Source of the DNA: the human T2T-CHM13v2.0 reference genome, Homo sapiens
Assembly (NCBI RefSeq): GCF_009914755.1
Contig: NC_060926.1
Reading direction: 5' to 3' (one strand)
Length of the DNA: 64,000 nucleotides
The translations under genes were made by a program, and so were the position numbers. Of this stretch, positions 45,688 to 59,800 are shown piece by piece. The notes under the pieces were generated by a model. The model saw nothing but the letters and a program-made list of their open reading frames with translations. It made no database searches and had not been told where the DNA came from. Every line of letters begins with the position of its first letter. Within the stretch, counting starts at the first letter, position 1.

Positions 45688-46021
45688 ACAACTATGGGCT
45701 CCATAAGACGTTTTGGCCAATGAAAGGCAGCATATATGATGGTGGTCCCATAAGATTATAATACTGTATTTTTACTGTGCCTTTTCTATGTTTAAACACA
45801 CAAATACTTACCATCACATTACAATTGCCTACAGTATTCAGGATACTACCATGCTGTACAGGTTTGCAGCCTAGGAACAATAGGCTGTACCATCCAGCCT
45901 CGCTGTGTAGTAGGCTCTACCATGGAAGTTTGCATAAGTACATTCTATGACCCCACAATGACAAAATCACCTAACACATTTCTCTGAACATATCCCTATC
46001 CTGAAGCAACACATGACTGTA
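45688..46021. mobile_element. Tigger3/MER7-type DNA transposon
   Basis: gatggtggtcccataagattataatactgtatttttactgt...gcctaggaacaataggct...acacatgactgta. Confidence 0.8.
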
Positions 46022-46266
46022 TGTCTAAAAGAAAGGTTAAAGAATAGAGACTAGAGAGCCATGTAAACAAAATTGACATGAATAATTGATGTCAAATAAT
46101 TATTATTCTGCATAGCAGTTATAAATATTATGACAACTAACTACCTGAGCTGGAGAAGTAAGACAAATTACAATGAGATCTATTTGTTTATTTGATCATT
46201 TTTCAATTCAATTCAATTCATTCATTCATAATTTGAAATTATTTGGTACCTTCCATCATCACCTAT

Positions 46267-46862
<596 letters not shown>

Positions 46863-47267
46863 TTTCATTTCCAGTTTCCCTGTGGCTTTAAAGATTATTT
46901 GAATCTATTTTATTGGCTAGATCACTGGGTCAGATAAGCATGGAGAAAAGACCAATGCTAGATTCCCAGACTGAAATAAATGGAGGGGCCATAGCTTCTC
47001 CACTGAAGAATTCTTCAGTGGAGCCAAATCCCTGTGACTTGGTGGCAACTCAGTGGATATCGTTCTAACTTAGGAGGCGCCAGGGGCACCAGGGTTTTCA
47101 GTCCTCCCTGGGGTAACCTGCTCCCTGCTCCTCCCTAGTCTCTGAACCATAGCACACCACCACTGCTGCCACCACCACCACCATAATCATCATCATCATC
47201 ATCACCTCTAGTGGTATTTTACAACTCCAGGATTCTCTGATTTTTCCATTCTTGTTTTCTTCTATAG

Positions 47268-47349
47268 AGTTCATTTTGCTGCCAAATGAATGGGGAAGGT
47301 AAATGTTGCTTGGATCAAGAGAAAAGCAGGCCCTAAGAACAAAGCAAGT
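47268..47349 (+). pseudogene. AOX3P: AOX3P exon 7 relic SSFCCQMNGEGKCCLDQEKSRP*...
   Basis: ctatag|AGT; Aox3-like CCQMNGEGKCCLD; stop/+1 frameshift; donor reads ataagt. Confidence 0.85.
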
Positions 47350-50300
47350 ATAAGTCTTTCTTTTTCTGCCCTCTTTTACCTGTTTTATGACCATGAACTC
47401 CATTATCAGAATGCATAGCCTCAAATTCTGATTCCACTATCATGGAAACCTTTTTTAAACCTTTGTTTCTCTATCTGTAAAATGGGATTATGACTATAAA
47501 GTGTAAATTATATCATGTCTGTAAAACACAAAATATCATGCTGACCACATACTGTCTGGCCTCTGCGCAGCCCTTTGATCTATTTTGATGAACCCCTGAC
47601 TATTGGGGCTTGGGGTGTTGGTGCAAGAGGCTTTTGGAGTTCTAAGAACAATTATCTTTCTCTCAGTCCTTCTATTCCTTTCCTTCCGTTTTCCCCCAAT
47701 CGCTGCAAACCCAAGTCTATCTGGGAGAAAAGGACCCCACATACAGGGCCTGCAAGATATAGTAATTATTCAAACATGGCACCAGCATGGTGACACCAGC
47801 CTTGGCAAGATGGAACCTAGCTTGAATCCTAGCTCTGTAACTTTCCAGCTCCAGTTTAATTTCCTCCTTGGTATAACTGGGATAATATTTCAAGGAAATT
47901 GTTGGGAAGGCTAAATCATAGACATAAATGAGGTGCTGAAAGTTCCAAGTACAGTGACTGCACATAATAATTGCTTATTGAATGCCAGTTTTTCCTGGTA
48001 ACTGATGTTCAGAATTGTCCTTAGAGCCAACTTTGGCAAGAGATGGCTCACAAAAGCTGTAGAAATTAGAAAATGTCCAAGAAATTTAAAATTTCTGTGT
48101 ATACATTCTTTGACCCAGCAATTTCACCACCAGGAATCTACTCTAGGGGAGTAATTGAAGGTAAGTCAAATATTTATTATATACATAGATATTTGTCACA
48201 ATGTTACTTATAATTACAAAAAAATTAGAGATAAACTAAATGTCCAACAATAGGGGATTGCTTAAGTATTTCATGGCATAACCATGTGATTGGAATTTAT
48301 ACTATCTTGGAAAATCTCTTTTGTGCAATATTTAAAGAATTTGAAAATAAAAATGGTTTGAAGTGAAAAAATTTAAAAATTGAGCACTCTGATACCAGAT
48401 TTATAGAAAAAATGTATAAGCATAGTATAATCTCATATATACAGAGCAATTATAAAGAGTGGACGGAAATACACATAACATTGATAGTGGTTATCTCTAC
48501 TTCATATGAAGTAATTTTATTCCCTTCTGTAGATTTTTCAGCAATTCTACATGATGTTTTTACATGAACATGCATTAATTTTATAATCATATGCAAAAAA
48601 AGTTTAAACAAAAAGAAATTCCTATGGATGGTACAGTAATTACAGCAGAAATACAATTCCCTCTAGAATCCAAATTTGCTTGATTCCTAGTTATATTTGA
48701 AAGGGTAGGGGGGACTTTAAAGACTGGTATAGACTGTTTACCCAGTGGACATCAAATATCACGGCCTGGAGTTACAGGAGGGTCAGGCCTCCCCCCAGCA
48801 TTTGCAAGCGCAAAGCAAGAATATAAGGAGAAGACATCTCATTCTCTTCTCTTCCCACCCCAGTTCTGTTCCACATTGCTGGCATCACAGATTGAACACC
48901 CAACTCACCTGTCCAAGCTCCATCCATTCCCCAAACAGCTGCCCCTTGGCCACAGCTCAGGCCTAGGGGTGAGCTTCTAGATGGGTATCTGTCCTCTCTG
49001 GGAGGAGAGACTGCAGCAGAGGCCCACGTGGGCTGTGGAAGTAGATTTCGGGCCTTTTGGGAAGGAAATTCTGAGGCCATGAGTGCCAACAGCCTGTGGC
49101 TCAGCGATGGGGTACAGGCTGTTGGTGGAATGTCCCTTAACCCTGGGGTCTCCTTGCTCCTTGGAGATGGGCATGGTGACAGGGGGCCCAGCAACCTAGG
49201 GCCAAAGGGCAATACTGGGAATGGGCTCCTGGAAGCAACATTTGATGCCTCTGACACCAATAGAAATGTAAATAAGAACAAACTCCAGGATGGGGGCCTC
49301 ATCTCTCAGAGGCATAAAAAATGACATTACAAAAAAACCTAGTATGGTACTTAATTTAAACATTACTCATTATTCAGCTATTATTTTCCCTACTTCACCT
49401 CCCTGCAACGCATCAACTAATCATGCTGAAGTCCCAATAGAACTGGTAAACTGTACCAGCTGACAGTCAGAGCTGGCTTGGGAGGTTCTCGGCAGATCTG
49501 TTAGAAGCCATTTCTTACTTTAAGCTGAGATCTGCTGTCCTGCCACTTCCACATATGGGCTAACCCTGGGTAGACCTGTCCCTCATCTATGAGACAGCCC
49601 TTCCCGTAGATGCAGCTGCTTTCATTCCCACTCGCTCTCTGCATTCATCCTCCCTGTTTCCTTTGTAGCTAAATTATCTGCATGCACTTTCTTCACCTAA
49701 TGACTCATCCATTCCTGAGACTCCAGGTGACATCTCCATATGTTTTCTGAATCCATTTCTACTTCTGCTCTCTTTTCTGACCCTTCCCTTACATACCTGG
49801 TTCTGAGTTCATCGTAACCCTCACCTTACTCCACTAAACAACTCTCTCCTGACTTCCATATTAATGCTATTGGTACCCTTTTGCTTTTTCTCCCCTAGAG
49901 CCAAGGCTTGATGCTGGGCTCATGTAGCGGTCTGCAGGCTCATCTGTCCCTTGTCCTCTGCACTTGCACTCCCTGAGTCCAGACCATCTTCAATTACACT
50001 GCAATTATTACAACAGATTCTCTATACGGTCACCTTCCTTCCAACACCTCCCATGCAACCTAACTCATAGCAGGGTCTCAAATTTCCCAGAATTGCTTAG
50101 GAAGCTTCTTCAAGATGTTTTTGCCTGAGATTCCCCTCCATTTTACTGGATTAGAACCACCTGTAGTATGGCCCAGGACAAGCTCTGAACTTTTACAAAC
50201 CTCCCCAGGTCATGGATGCGACCAGTCGAACTACTACATACCACAGTCAAATTCATCTTCTAGAAATATTGGTTCAGAAACTCAGAGTAACTCTCCCAGG

Positions 50301-50989
50301 CCCCAGAATTCTGTCTCAAATCTGAGGCCTGCTTTGAAGACTTTCCACAGTCCTGTCTGCCTCTCCCCAGTCTCCTACTAGCCTCCCCTGTGTCGCCAAG
50401 AGGATCTGCTTGACTTCTTTCTACACCCAGGGAACAGCTTCCCATCTGATTCTGTGCTGGTTCCATTCCCTGTCCTCTCCCTCCTCCCTCCCTTGCTCCT
50501 GAGGGATGGGAATGGTGAGAGAGGGCCACAGGACCCAGTGACCCAGGGTCTAAGGGCAATACCAGGAATGGCCTCCTTGAAGCAACACTGGATGCTTCTG
50601 ACACCAATAGAAAAGTAAGTAAGAACAAGCTCCCCCGGAGGAGCCTCTGCAGCCCTTTACTCCCTGGCTTCCTGGGGAGCTTGTGTTTGTACCACTCCTT
50701 GATGCTCAGCTCCTGCCACCCCTCCTTGCAGTTCATCTGTCTCCAGCTGCCAGTACAGAGCAGCTACTTAACAGCTGCCAGTTTCCTTCCGCTCCTCCCA
50801 CCCCCGGCCTTCTCCAGCCAGAATGCAATTGCAGGGCTGGGCTGTCTCTCAGCACCCTGTGTCCCCAGTACCCAGTCCAGGCCCACCAGAGAGGAGAAAC
50901 TCAACAGTAGGCTGTTAACAATCCTGACACTCATCAAACTTTGACTTTGTTTTTACTGAAAAATTGAAACATTAATTTTTTCCCTTATG

Positions 50990-51071
50990 ATTTGTACCAA
51001 ATCGTATAAGAAAGAAGAATGTCAGCCTGTAGACCCAACCCAGGAACTTGCTATTTCCATCTGAACTAACG
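50990..51071 (+). pseudogene. AOX3P: AOX3P exon 8 relic ICTKSYKKEECQPVDPTQEL/LFPSELT
   Basis: DPTQEL(I)FP(P)EL motif with +1 frameshift; acceptor reads tatg. Confidence 0.87.
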
Positions 51072-51519
51072 GTTATGTTCTTTCTTTTGATTTACTTCTG
51101 CTTTTATGCCAACTGCGAGGGAATAAACAGTCTCATCAGCCCATCTGCAGCTGTGCCTTTGCCACCTTCTGCCCCCAAGGAGGCCTTTGTACAACTGTCA
51201 CCCTCAGGAACCTATGAAAAGCATTTTTCATCCCAGACTTGGCCCCAGGTGGACGCACCTTTTCCCTTATATTTCACCTCATGGAACTCCTCTCCCTCTG
51301 GTCCAGGGCAGGACCTTCGCACAGTCCATTCTGCCACACAAGCACCTTTATGAAGCCAGAAGGAAAAGCCAGGATGCGCGTGATGAGTAGGTAAGGGCGG
51401 TAACAGCCTTCCTGTCTCCCAGAGCAGCTCCGCACAGATTGACAGCATTTAACTGCCCCCTTTTCTTTTATTTTCTGAATATTTCCCTCAGGCATTCCTT
51501 GGACTCACCCGTATTTGTT

Positions 51520-52640
51520 TCACAAACTTCTTTTAGGAGACTTCCAAGTGCCAGGCACTGAGCTGGCCACTTGGGATACAGGAATGACAAACCAGTTGCC
51601 CCTAAGGAGCTCACAGGCCAATGAGGAGACAGACAGACCTGTCAGTAACCACCAGCAGCAGAACATGAAGAGAGTTATACATGGGACTTGCGACCCAGGC
51701 TCTGGGAGTATAGCGGAGAGCAAGAGTTAGGACACGGTGAGCATTCAGGGAGGCTTCACAAAGAGTTAAGCTGGAGATAAACTTCAATTATAAACACATG
51801 TTATCAAGATGTGACGAAGGAGAATAAATGGGACATGGAGAGGGAATTCTAGGCAAAGTAAAAGTCATGTGCATTGGTCTGTGGCTTTGCAGAATGTGGG
51901 AATTAAAAAGAAATCAAGCAATTCCAAATGATAAGGACATGTCATGTTAGAGAGTTGACTATGACACCCACATTCACCCCATAGTAGGAGGCTGGAAAGG
52001 AAGGTGGAGGCCAGGAGGTGGGACTTTAATTCAGATTGGATGGGCAGGAATTTTTTGCACAGGTAAGGGGGAGCCATTAAAGGACTTTGAATGGGGGAAA
52101 GTCATATCATATTTACTACTGTGAAAGATCCCTCTGGCTGTTGTATGGAGAAAAGATTGGGAGGAACACAAGTGAATGCAGGGTAACAGATGGTTACCAC
52201 AGTGGCCCAGGAAAGGGTGACAAGAAGGAGGGTCAGGAGTGACTCCTAGACTTAGCATTTACATAGTAAGAGGCTGAGTTATGGATTCTGGAGTAGAACC
52301 ACCTTTCAGGGGACAGATCAGGAATCTGGATTTTCACATACCAGTTTAAGATCCTTTTAAGAAATCCAAAGGGGAGTATCAAGTAGGTAGTTGAAAGCTC
52401 AGAGGAGAGGTCAAGGTGGGTTGTATAAATTTACATTTGATCATTGAGATCAAAACCAGGAGTACTGATGAGGGTGTAGTTGAGAAGAGACCCTGGGTCT
52501 AAGCCGGTGGAATTTCAAAGGCTCACGAATGGGTATTAGAATAAGTAGACCCAAGGGACTGAGAGTGAGAGGGTGGCAAGGGGGTGCAAGATTCAGAAGA
52601 CTGGGGTATTCCGGAAGCAGTGGAAGAGTGTGTTTAAGAA
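51520..52640. mobile_element. L2 fragments
   Basis: gtgccaggcactgagctgg and aagatccctctggctgttgtatggaga L2-like segments. Confidence 0.55.
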
Positions 52641-52652
52641 GGAGATTTGTCA

Positions 52653-52950
<298 letters not shown>

Positions 52951-53247
52951 TAGAAGGAGATTGGTCAAATACAGCAAGTGTTGAGAGACCAAGTGGGATA
53001 AGAACTGAAAATACTGATGCAGATGTCGCTGTTAATCTTCACAAAAGCAGTAGGAGTGTGTTGAAGATAGAGAAGGAAAGAAATGAAGTCTGTGATGCAA
53101 AAAGAATTTTGCAAAATCTTTGCAAATTTTGCTGAGGGAGAGGCAATGGAAAGGGCAGTAGATGGAGGGGAACTGGGGACGAAGTTTGGGGTTTTGGCCT
53201 TCTTTATTAGTGGAAGGAGCTTGTGTAGTTTTAAATGTTGTTGGTAA

Positions 53248-53575
53248 GCCAAGCATGGTGGCTCATACCTGTAATCCCAGCACTTTGGGAGGCGGGAGAC
53301 AGACAGATCACTAGAGCTCAGGAGTTTGAGACCAGCCTGGGAAACATGGTGAAATCCCATCTCTACAAAAAGTACAAAAATTAGCCCGGCATAGTGGCAC
53401 ACATCTGTAGTCCCAGCTACTCAGGAGGCTGAGATGGGAGGATTTCTGGAGCCTGGGATGGTCAAGGTTGCAGTGAACCAAGATCGTGCCACTGCACTCC
53501 AGCAGGCAATAGAGCCAGACTTTGTCCCAAAAAATAAAATTAAGTTAAATTAAACTAAACTAAAATAAATAAATT
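53248..53575 (+). mobile_element. AluJ
   Basis: Diverged Alu with A-rich tail. Confidence 0.88.
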
Positions 53576-53865
53576 AATGTTGATGGGGGAGAATAAAATT
53601 AAAAGGCAGGGGCTGAATGTTTAAGAGATGGAAGAGATGAAGTCTAAAGCAATGATTAAGGAATGCCTTCTTCATTTCTTTCACTGAAACAATCCTTCCA
53701 ATTCAAGAGGATCACCCTGTGCTCCCACAGAACTCTGTCCTTCCCCTATAGGCTATTTCCATTCCCAGTTGACTGCCTATTTACTCCCTAGGTTGTGAAC
53801 TCAAGCCAGCTCCACGAGGGCACTGTTGAGTGCTGCATTCACCATTGTGTCACAAATGCCTAACA

Positions 53866-54382
53866 CAGTGATTCTCAACGTTTTTGTCTCAGGCTGCTTA
53901 CACCCTTAAAATTATTAAGGACCCCAAAGAGCCTTGTTTATGTGGATTTTAAATATTGACATTTGTAGTATTTGATATTAAAACTGGAAAAGCATTTTAA
54001 ACATTTATTCATTCGTTAATTTATTTAAAAGTAACAAGAGTAAACCCATTGCACATTAGCGTAAATAACATTGTTCATGAAAAGTAACTATATTTTTCCA
54101 CAGGAAAACCAGTGAGAAGAGTGGCATTGTTTTACATTTTTGTAAATCTCTGTGATACAGGCTTAAAAGAAGGCAGCTGGAATCGTGTTATCTGCTTGTG
54201 CATTCAGCCAGTTGTGATGACACACGTTAAGCACCCTTTGTAAAGTTCTGTACACTCATGGGAGAATGAGAAGGATGAAGGCAAATAATCTCTTTCATTA
54301 CAAAATAATTTTGACTTTGGGGCCCCTGGAGGTTTTATGGGGACCTCTATGTATCTCTAGACTACACTTTGAGAAGCGTTGG
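53866..54382. mobile_element. hAT-Charlie DNA transposon (Charlie4-like)
   Basis: Ends cagtgattctcaac / cactttgagaagcgttg; aaaattattaaggaccccaaagagc motif. Confidence 0.65.
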
Positions 54383-56129
54383 CCTCCCCTGATGAGAGGA
54401 ACACATGCATTATTTCATTAATCAGAGTTGTAATCCATTCCCAGGGGCTCCCATCTCTCTGTCATCTTTCCAGCAAATCACATAACTTACAGCAACATTT
54501 ACAGAACCTTATGATAAGGCAATTCTCACGTAGCTAATCTGCCTTTAATTATTACTCAATTTCCAGCAGCCTATCCACCATGATTTTTGTTCAGTGTTGA
54601 AATCATTCAAAGTGAAATCATCTATGAAACTGGAAAATTCCACCAAAAGATCTGCCCTCTCAATAGCTCCCACAATGAACAAAATAATTTTTCATAAAGT
54701 ATTTTTGCAGGGGTATCATCAAAGTTAATTTCAGATGAATTAAGCAATTCAATTCCTACTTGAGAAATGGTTCCCTTGTTCATTAGTAACTTGCAGAAAT
54801 TGTTTAAACCATTCTTCTTCCAGGTGCGTGGGACTATTTCAGTTTCAGAGGACTCTGGCCAAGAAGCCTGGTGCCCTTGGGTTCATGGTCCTGTTCACAT
54901 TAACCATTTGTGTCACCTTGGCCAGCTCACTTTCCCTCTTTGGGCCTCATTGTTTTTTTCTTCTGTAAAGCTAGATCAGTGGTTCTCAGATTTACTCATG
55001 TAATAAATGTGAAGGAGTGATCAGAAGTCAAAGGCTTTTCCTTGAATGCCATATTCTTTGTTGAGCACTATAAAAATAGTGGCAAATTTAATTAGACCTT
55101 GTGGAATAGTAACAATTTTAGACTTAGAAAATATTACCTTAATAGATGATCCTGTATGGAATCAAAACTGGGAGCACAGAGCTCATTAAAAAAGAAAAGA
55201 AGAGAAAAGAAAAAAAAGAAAAAGGCTATCCAATTAAGCATGGTCAACTATTTGCAAATTGCCCTCATAAATATTTATTTTATACTTGTTCATTTCATTT
55301 TATTGTCAGCTATCACAGCCATTGGTTTTAGAGAAATAGAGAAGAGGAAAACTTTGAAGAAATTCTGCCCATTAACTACATCTGCTAATTGAGAAAAGTC
55401 CAGTTTTCAACTGTAGCTGTGAGACTCCTCAATCTTGCTTGGGAAAAAATAATGGCCTGTGAGAGGAAGGTCCCCATCGGCTTCAGTTAATCTAATGTTC
55501 TATGTTTTTACTGTATTTCTGCTGTCCAACAATAGTTAGCCTTACTCCACACTTCAATGGGGTCGAAGAGCCACAGTGGCCCATACTTCAATGGCCTCTG
55601 AGAGCCAAAAGCACTTTCTATATCATCTAGTCAAATACCTAATTTCCAGATAAAGCAAGCCAGGCCTAGAGAGGTTCCAGGATTTTCCTAAACTCACCTA
55701 GCTACTTAGTGGCCAGGCCATGGTTAGAACCTGGGTCTCCTGGTGTACTCTGTGTTTTTCAATCCTACATGGTTGCCTGACAATAAATGCACACATAGTT
55801 AATTCTCTAGTAATGTGCTATATTCATTCATAACTTAGTCAATAATTATTTCTTCAGTTGGAAATTTGACATTAGACAACTCATCACTGATACATAGGAT
55901 TCTTATAAGTCAAGATTTAATTAAAATCCATTTTGTTCTTTTTAAGCTGTAAGAGATGGAAAAATAAATATGCAAAGCAGTGGATTCTATTATGAATCAA
56001 TTAGGCCACTATTCTATGTGTTTTGTTATCCATGGTGGGTTTCATTCATTCTTGTTCAGTTTGTGAGCTGTAATAAAGTGTGTGTTTTGTCATTGACATC
56101 AGCATTAAGTCTGCATTTGTCTACTGCAG

Positions 56130-56310
56130 AGAATGGCAGAGAATTTTCTTTTGGGGTCTCCATTTGGGACCCCATTTTCTTTTGGGGTCTCTGACTTTCC
56201 AAGGGGAGAGAACTACCTGGATCACTCCAGGAACCCAGAAAGATCTTCTGAGGCTGAAACTTAGGTACCCCAGCACCCCCCTGTTATGATGGGAAACCTT
56301 AGTTCATGGG
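56130..56310 (+). pseudogene. AOX3P: AOX3P exon 9 relic RMAE[rearranged]LTFQGERTTWITPGTQKDLLRLKLRYPSTP (3' end approximate)
   Basis: ctgcag|AGA ATG GCA GAG; FAD-domain LTF.GERTTW motif; internal rearrangement and frameshift; donor not recognisable. Confidence 0.85.
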
Positions 56311-56792
56311 GAAGCAGGTTTTCACTTTGTATACTGAAAACCTAGATTAGCGAAAGGAGATGTAAGTTGCAGCATCTACTCATAAATCAAAATACATTCC
56401 TGGGTGATTAAAATTCACCCCCTGTGCCCAACTCGTTATGCAATTAATACATCTGGCTCATAAAGAGCAATCTGGCCTCTCATTCCAACTCTAGAATGCA
56501 ATTAAATTTTCTGAGGCTAAAATTTCCATTCTTTTAAAACATCAGTAAATAATAAAATGGATGTTTCTTTTATTGGGTTCTAGAGTGAAAAAATCCACAG
56601 ATGATTTACTGCTTGGATCAAACTCAGTTCCAATATCGGGGAAATTACTGAGGAGGAAAACAAGCCACAATTGTAATAGTTTTATTTCACTTTATTAGGA
56701 TCTGTAATTATCACTTCTGAATCATAGTGTGATTTGCAAAATGAAATCTAGCTGATTTATTTCCCACCAGTGATAATCCTTCTGTCTTTTAG

Positions 56793-56885
56793 GGCCTGAT
56801 ATGAAATTCAAAGACGTTTTCCATCCAATTATTATCCATCTTGCAAGGATTTTGGAATTATTTATAGTGATTAACATACAAGAAG
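56793..56885 (+). pseudogene. AOX3P: AOX3P exon 10 relic GPDMKFKDVFHPIIIHLARILELFIVINIQEG (93 bp, intact)
   Basis: ttttag|GG CCT ... GAA G|gtgcgt; open frame. Confidence 0.9.
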
Positions 56886-59800
56886 GTGCGTTCTCATTTA
56901 CTGTAACAAGATCCTGATGTTGCAGATAGTTCTGGTAAAGCAAGCTCAGGCTATTTGACACTAAGCAAATCATGAGATCATGTGGCTGGAGGAAATCATA
57001 TTTGACACTGTAATGCTGAACCACATAGGATCTTTAGAATGTCTGCTAGATTCAGAAAATCCTGGTAAAGACTGTACATCCTCTGTTGAGATTCAATTTT
57101 CTACACAGAGCTGGGGCTCAACAAAATGTTTGTTGTTCACCCAGAAGTCTTTCAGCTGTCTCTAACTACCTCCACGATTCAGGGCGTACTTAGCGTTTTT
57201 CTTCCCTCCGGTAGCAGATGAGAGCAGCTACCACGTTCCCTGGTAAATAGCAAGCACCGTTTTCGCAGGCCACAGAACTTCGCCAGGTATTCCTTCGGTT
57301 TTCCCTTCTCTAACTCAGAAGAACCAATTTTAACAATTGTTTCAAAGCTACCCAACAAGGAGAGGCATGGGTGTTTTCCCCACAATTTAGGACTCAATTC
57401 TTTAGATCAACATTTTTTGGTGAAAAGTACAGGTGGAATAAAACTATTTTTAAATACTCATTTGTTTATTAATTTTATAGGTAATTAGGCTTTTACCAGG
57501 CACCAGGCACTGGGCTACCTGCTGGTAAATCAATCCCCCCGAAAAAAACATGAATTCTTCCCTAGGAACTAATAGTATTGTGGGAAATGTGGCTATATAA
57601 AGGAATAATTACAGAGTGATGCAATAAGTGTATTTGACATAAATATTTTCCTTTATGATTAGTGGAATATTTCTCCACAATCTATGGAATGCATTCAAAA
57701 TTGACTTTTTTTGGATTAGCTCAGTTTTAGTGACTTTTAAATTTTGATTGAGGAAAATCTGGGATTTTTAAGAGAGGAAAATCTGGGATTTTTAAGAAAG
57801 GAAAAGACAAAAATAGATACCCGCTTAAATGCTACATACACTAATTTTAAAGGTATATGTAAAGTTGCAAGCACTAGTAAAATAACTTGTGTTTGTTATG
57901 CTCCTCAACACTTTTCCCTGTATTTTCTACAAACGAATCTCTTTGATAATAAAAAGTAGGTTTTTTAAATGTTGCTTTTTTCCTTGTAGAAATGCACAAT
58001 AAGAGCATGCATAATGCTAGAAAAACTTTGACCTAAAACAGCCTTTTCAGTCATTTTATAGTTCTCTGAATAACTGGAAAATTGTAGTTTACACACACTC
58101 ACACACACACATACACACACCCCCCGTAGGTTTCTGTTGCTGATTTTACCTGCGGTTTCAACACCGCTGAGTCAACTTCATGGTGCTGGCCCTTTATCTG
58201 AAAAATTGATTCATTCTCTCAGTCTTTGCCTTTGAACCTAAATCACCTTGTTGTTAATATCCTTTGAACATCCTTTGAACTCTCAATAAATATCTGTTTT
58301 ATAATCTCAAAGGGCAAAAACCTCTATTTGTAAGTTTTCAATGCCAAATCACAGTCATGTTAAAACAGGTCAAATAAGTGCATGTTCTGAGTTCAGGGTG
58401 TAATAGGAAAAGCCATAGAGACGTAGGTAACTTAGGGACAGTTACCTTCTTTCTAGATGAATCCTTAGATTCCTGAGCTGGGATGCCTGGTCTAAGTTGG
58501 TCTATTTGGTAAGCAAAACAGAACCTTATTGAAGAAAACTCTGCCCCAAAATGTCGCATCTGTTTATGCAAATGAAAGTCAAACCATTCTTAAGCAACTG
58601 GTCTCGGCTTCAAGAAGTACTGTAAACAAGTCTTATTTAAAATGAGAGCCACAAAGCCTACTTCAGGTTCTTTTTACAAGAGCCTTTTCTGTCCAATTTC
58701 CCAAAATTAAAGCATGAGCTCCCTCTGCTGAGTGAATTCACATGTGTTGATGAAACAGACTCCAAAAACATTTGTATATTACCTATTGAACCATTATGTT
58801 CCTGTAAACATAAGCAATTATAAATATAAAACATATTTATATTTTCTTTTTTTCAAACTCATAATACAGAATGGGATGGAAAGGTAAAGAAAAGTAATTC
58901 ACAAGGTAGAGATTCATTAGTTGAGGCTTTTCAGTTTCACAACAATGGTCCTGAGCAACAGCTGCTGGTACGGCAATGCTTTGTAATCACCATGATGAGT
59001 TACCAGGGGTTGCTTGCAAGCACCCGTTCTCACAATCAACCTATTACCCAGCTTTGGTTCTTCATAGCACTTATCATATCTGAAATTATAACTGACGTAT
59101 TCAATTGTCTGGTTATGACTGTCTTCCCCTAAGAGAATGTTGACTTCCTGACAGTGGATAACATGTCTGTGCTTTCAGCCCTTAGAACATGCCTGACACA
59201 CAGTAGGTGCTCCGATTTGTTTTATGAATTGAGGGAGGCAGAAAAGCAGGCAGGCAGGTCAGCATATACCTATAGTGTCACTTAGGATTATGGTTCAACT
59301 AGAGAATGATTCAGTGCCAATCACATGGAACTGGATACAAATTTAGTAGGAAATGATAGAGATAAGAGAGCCAAAGGACGTACGGTGAAAGAGGTGTAGA
59401 ATTCAAGCTCAACCATAAAGATGGGAAGGACTTGGTGAAGTTAGACAAGGAAACAAGCATGGTGTTAAGCACTGAGGATACAATGACTTAAAGAAAAAGG
59501 CCTGGACTTTGCTCTCATGAAGCTTATAATCTGATGGGTAAGACAGGTATCAAAGAAATAAACAAATGAAATGCAAAACTGCAATTGTGACAAGTGCTAT
59601 GAAAGAGTGGAATGTGATGTTAGAGGAGCAGGTAATAGGGTGACCCAAACTTATTGGACAGTTATGGAAGGCTTCTCTCAGCTGAGATGAAAGGAAGGGG
59701 GAGTTACCAGGTAAGGAGGGTGGAACTGCACACACACTGTGCAGGAGACTGGAGGCAGTGCCTGTTGCTGGAGCAGAGAGCAGGGGAGATGGTGGGAGAG

